Shown here in pieces: positions 23,242-26,058 of a stretch of DNA of 26,058 bases. The notes beneath the pieces are model-generated. The model did no database searches. It was given only the letters and a program-made list of their open reading frames with translations, and had not been told where the DNA came from. Source of the stretch: a virus. Lineage: Duplodnaviria; Caudoviricetes. Positions within the stretch are counted from its first letter, which is position 1. Every line of letters starts with the position of its first letter. The stretch is from the IMG/VR virus record IMGVR_UViG_3300039208_000071, positions 1 through 26,058 of that record; one strand, written 5' to 3'. Position numbers and translations under genes: made by a program.

Positions 23242-25403
23242 TGGCCGAACCGAAGTATTCGTATAACGAATTGCGAGACGCCGCGAAAATGGCGATGGAC
23301 CGCGGCGATCAGGGTATGCTCGATCATATCGTCGGCAAGATTAAAAACCGCGATTACAAGGATGAACAAAGCGATGTGGTTTCGGCCGGTATCGGTTTTT
23401 CTCAGGGCGCCACGCTCGGGTTTGGCGATGAGATTGCGGCAGGGCTGCGCGCGACACTTGAAGGCCAGCTCGATCCGCTGATTTTTGCAACCGAACAGAG
23501 CATACGCCGCGGCCTGGGCGACGAAGATCAGCCCGAAGAATGGAAAAATATGTCATTCGGCGACCTATACGGTCAACGCCGTGAATTGTTTTGGGAAGGT
23601 TCGGACTGGATGGATCGCTACAAAGCGGCCCTGGGTAGCGGTCGCGGTATGCTCGAGACTGCACGCCGTGAGGATCCGTGGATTACCGCAGGCGGCGAGC
23701 TCGCCGGTGGTTTGTTACAAGGCGGACGCGGTGCGGCGAAATCATTTGCCACAGCGGGCAAAGAAGGTTTCAAGGAAGGGCTAAAGGAAAGCATGAAACT
23801 CGGCGGAAAGTACGGCGCGGCTTACGGTTACGGGTCGTCCGAGGCCGACCCGATGGCGGCGCTGCTCGCCGGCGAGAATTTTAGCGAAACTGCCAGCGAG
23901 GCATTCGAGGCGCTGAAAGATACCGGCGAATCCGGTGCGGCGGGCGTCGCGTTTGGCGGCATGTTTCCGGTCATCGGCGCTGGTTTGCGCAATATGGCGC
24001 GTTTCCTGACCCGCTCGGGCACGAAGAACGTGCGCCTGAACGAAGCTGGCCGCCGGCAAATCGCCGAAGCGATCGAGGAAGACCTGGTTTTGCGCGATAT
24101 CACCCCCGAACAAGCGATAAAAGAAATCAACGCCACGCCTGGAATGACGCTTGCGGACCTGGGGCCGAACGTCCAGGCGCGTATGGAACAGCTTGTTACG
24201 TCGGGTACGCGATCCGGCAAAATACTCGAGGACTTCCTGGAAACCCGTGTCGCCGGGCAATACGACCGGATTGTCCCGTCGATGTCGAAGGCGCTCGGCC
24301 TGAAAGGTGAGCCGTCAATGTTCCACCACCATGTTCAAAAACTGCTCGACAGCGCTGAGGAAGCCGCGACGCCGTTGTATCGCGAAGCCTATACGTCTGA
24401 TATCACGCTGACGCCGCGAATGATCAATATCCTGAACAATACCGGTACGGGAAAAGCGGGCCGTAAAGAGGCCATAGCGTTAGCCGAAGAGGCTTTGGAA
24501 GACATCGGATCGAAACTCCGCCGCGATGACTTGGTTGTTGGCGGTAAAGTGCCGATGAAACACATGGATTTTGTGCTACGCGGTATGGATGGGCACGTCG
24601 ACGGGTTGTTCCGATCCAAGGGCGCCAAACGTAGCCGTGCTTTCGACGCTGGCAAACGCCGGGACGATTTCCGCGCGGAGCTGTTTAAACAGAACCAGGC
24701 ATTCGAGGATGCGCGCGCAGCCTGGGCTGGACCGCAGCAAAGCAAGCGGGCGCTCGAAGCCGGTAAAAGCATTTTCAAAGAAGATGCCGAGATTACCGCG
24801 ACTCAGCTCGGCAAAATGAGCGAAGGCGAACGGCTGTATTACCGCGTCGGTGTTCTGAAAGCGGTCGAGGACAAGCTCGCACGTAAAAAGGATTACCAGG
24901 ATCTTGTCAGCGATCTGAAAAGCGTCAAGTCGACGCGGGACGCGCTACGGGTTGCTTTTGGCAGCGATCAGAATTTCGATGATTTCATGGATCTGTTAGG
25001 CCGCGAGGCGATGATGCAGCAAACCGCCTCGCGTGCGCTCGGTAATTCGGCTACCGCCCGACGGTTAGCAGAAAAAGGCAGCGACTTCGGTGAACAGTTG
25101 GCCGCCCTTGGCGGTTACGGCGTGTCCCTGAGCTTCGGCGGGTGGGTTCCGCCTAGCATCGGTGGTTATCTGTCTCGGCGCGGCTACCAGGCATTTGATC
25201 CGCAGCGGCAAGCCACAGAAGCCTACAAGCAGATCGCAGGCAATCAGGCTGGTATGCTAATGGGTTCCGATTTACAGCAAGCCTTGCAAAAGCAAACGCT
25301 CGGCGGTTTGCTCGATACTGGCGTACCGACCAGCACCGTTCCGTTGACCGGCGCGGCGGCTACTACCGGCCTCCTGAATCCAGAAACGCAGTACGGTCTA
25401 TGA
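23241..25403 (+). CDS. Large ejection / DNA transfer protein (720 aa)
   Basis: QGATLGFGDEI.AG, Gly-zipper segments, TLADLG, PLY.EAY and GNSATARR motifs; all-helical. Confidence 0.75.
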   Translation: MAEPKYSYNELRDAAKMAMDRGDQGMLDHIVGKIKNRDYKDEQSDVVSAGIGFSQGATLGFGDEIAAGLRATLEGQLDPLIFATEQSIRRGLGDEDQPEEWKNMSFGDLYGQRRELFWEGSDWMDRYKAALGSGRGMLETARREDPWITAGGELAGGLLQGGRGAAKSFATAGKEGFKEGLKESMKLGGKYGAAYGYGSSEADPMAALLAGENFSETASEAFEALKDTGESGAAGVAFGGMFPVIGAGLRNMARFLTRSGTKNVRLNEAGRRQIAEAIEEDLVLRDITPEQAIKEINATPGMTLADLGPNVQARMEQLVTSGTRSGKILEDFLETRVAGQYDRIVPSMSKALGLKGEPSMFHHHVQKLLDSAEEAATPLYREAYTSDITLTPRMINILNNTGTGKAGRKEAIALAEEALEDIGSKLRRDDLVVGGKVPMKHMDFVLRGMDGHVDGLFRSKGAKRSRAFDAGKRRDDFRAELFKQNQAFEDARAAWAGPQQSKRALEAGKSIFKEDAEITATQLGKMSEGERLYYRVGVLKAVEDKLARKKDYQDLVSDLKSVKSTRDALRVAFGSDQNFDDFMDLLGREAMMQQTASRALGNSATARRLAEKGSDFGEQLAALGGYGVSLSFGGWVPPSIGGYLSRRGYQAFDPQRQATEAYKQIAGNQAGMLMGSDLQQALQKQTLGGLLDTGVPTSTVPLTGAAATTGLLNPETQYGL

Positions 25404-25804
25404 GTTTCAATATAAGCCATGCGCAGGGCGAACTACTGGCCCAGGTTCGGCCGGGAGTGACCACGCCCGTTACTGCGGTTACGGCTGACGCGCTGCGCAT
25501 TGAAATCACGCTGATTACCGCCGCCATCGACCCGACCGCGGTGTTGTCTACCGCCGGTCAGACCGATGTTGCGGTCTATCACGATGACGACGGGACCACC
25601 TATGATCAGACCTCAATCATCTTGTCGGAAACCCGGCTGCAGTTATTGCAGGACAGTATTTTATTCCAGGCGCAGCACCCTGGTTCCGGCATACATATCC
25701 TTCCAGGCGGAAATCTGGCCGTTGAAACCGCAGACGCCAACGATGTTACCTTCTCAATCTACGGTATTACTGAGACTCGCGCCGAACGCGTAGTCGGGCG
25801 GTAG
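25400..25804 (+). CDS. Putative small beta-rich virion protein (134 aa)
   Basis: ATGA overlap and a jelly-roll-like strand pattern ending VTFSIYG. Confidence 0.65.
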   Translation: MSFNISHAQGELLAQVRPGVTTPVTAVTADALRIEITLITAAIDPTAVLSTAGQTDVAVYHDDDGTTYDQTSIILSETRLQLLQDSILFQAQHPGSGIHILPGGNLAVETADANDVTFSIYGITETRAERVVGR

Positions 25805-25806
25805 CC

Positions 25807-26058
25807 GTGGCGCTGTCAGATATCGCGCGCGAAGTCCGCAAGTGGCGGCAGCTCGTTTGGGGTAACTACGATCCTAACCTAGGGTCGCTCGATGATGTCC
25901 CGCATTCGGACGGATCAGGCGGGATAACTTGGAAAGCTGCCAGCGGTGGCGGTGGTGACGCCACGCCGACCATCACTTACGTCACGTCGTCCAACGCATC
26001 GTTCACCCCGCAAGCCGATACCGCCGAGATTGAATTTATCGCGGTCGGCGCAGGCGGT
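25807..26058 (+). CDS. Gly-rich tail fibre-like protein, partial (runs off the right edge)
   Basis: GTG start. It reads MALSDIAREVRKW...SDGSGGITWKAASGGGG...FTPQADTAEIEFIAVGAGG, the typical opening of a Gly-rich fibre domain. Confidence 0.7.
   Translation, partial: MALSDIAREVRKWRQLVWGNYDPNLGSLDDVPHSDGSGGITWKAASGGGGDATPTITYVTSSNASFTPQADTAEIEFIAVGAGG

Noticed and set aside
1-26058. tRNA, integrase/att, intron/intein, alternative genetic code
   Set aside because: No cloverleaf or recombinase was recognised. TerL, portal and MCP are uninterrupted, and TAA, TAG and TGA all act as stops between coupled genes.

Overview
This window is a fragment of a tailed dsDNA phage genome with podovirus-type architecture. 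No major tail tube or tape-measure gene is visible, and the host is probably a Gram-negative bacterium. Positions 1-580 hold small leftward genes behind a sigma70-like promoter. Positions 581-1200 form a dense non-coding control region, possibly the genome terminus. It contains three sigma54 (RpoN) consensus sites in alternating orientation, four 21-bp tandem repeats, A-tract palindromes and a structured leader. Positions 1201-2668 hold small rightward genes. From about 2730 the genes form a single tightly coupled rightward block: small basic proteins, a stand-alone fibre-like module, a YadA-anchor outer-membrane protein beside an M15 endolysin and holin, TerS, TerL, portal, scaffold, a DUF5309/SU10-type major capsid protein, adaptor, nozzle, a Gly/Tyr prion-like protein, a GNAT-like protein, ejection proteins, and the start of a Gly-rich tail fibre. 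Several likely real ORFs missing from the supplied track were translated by hand (1-360, 1626-1805, 3007-3177, 13839-14006, 25807-26058). All functional calls come from motif recognition and gene order; no database searches were run.
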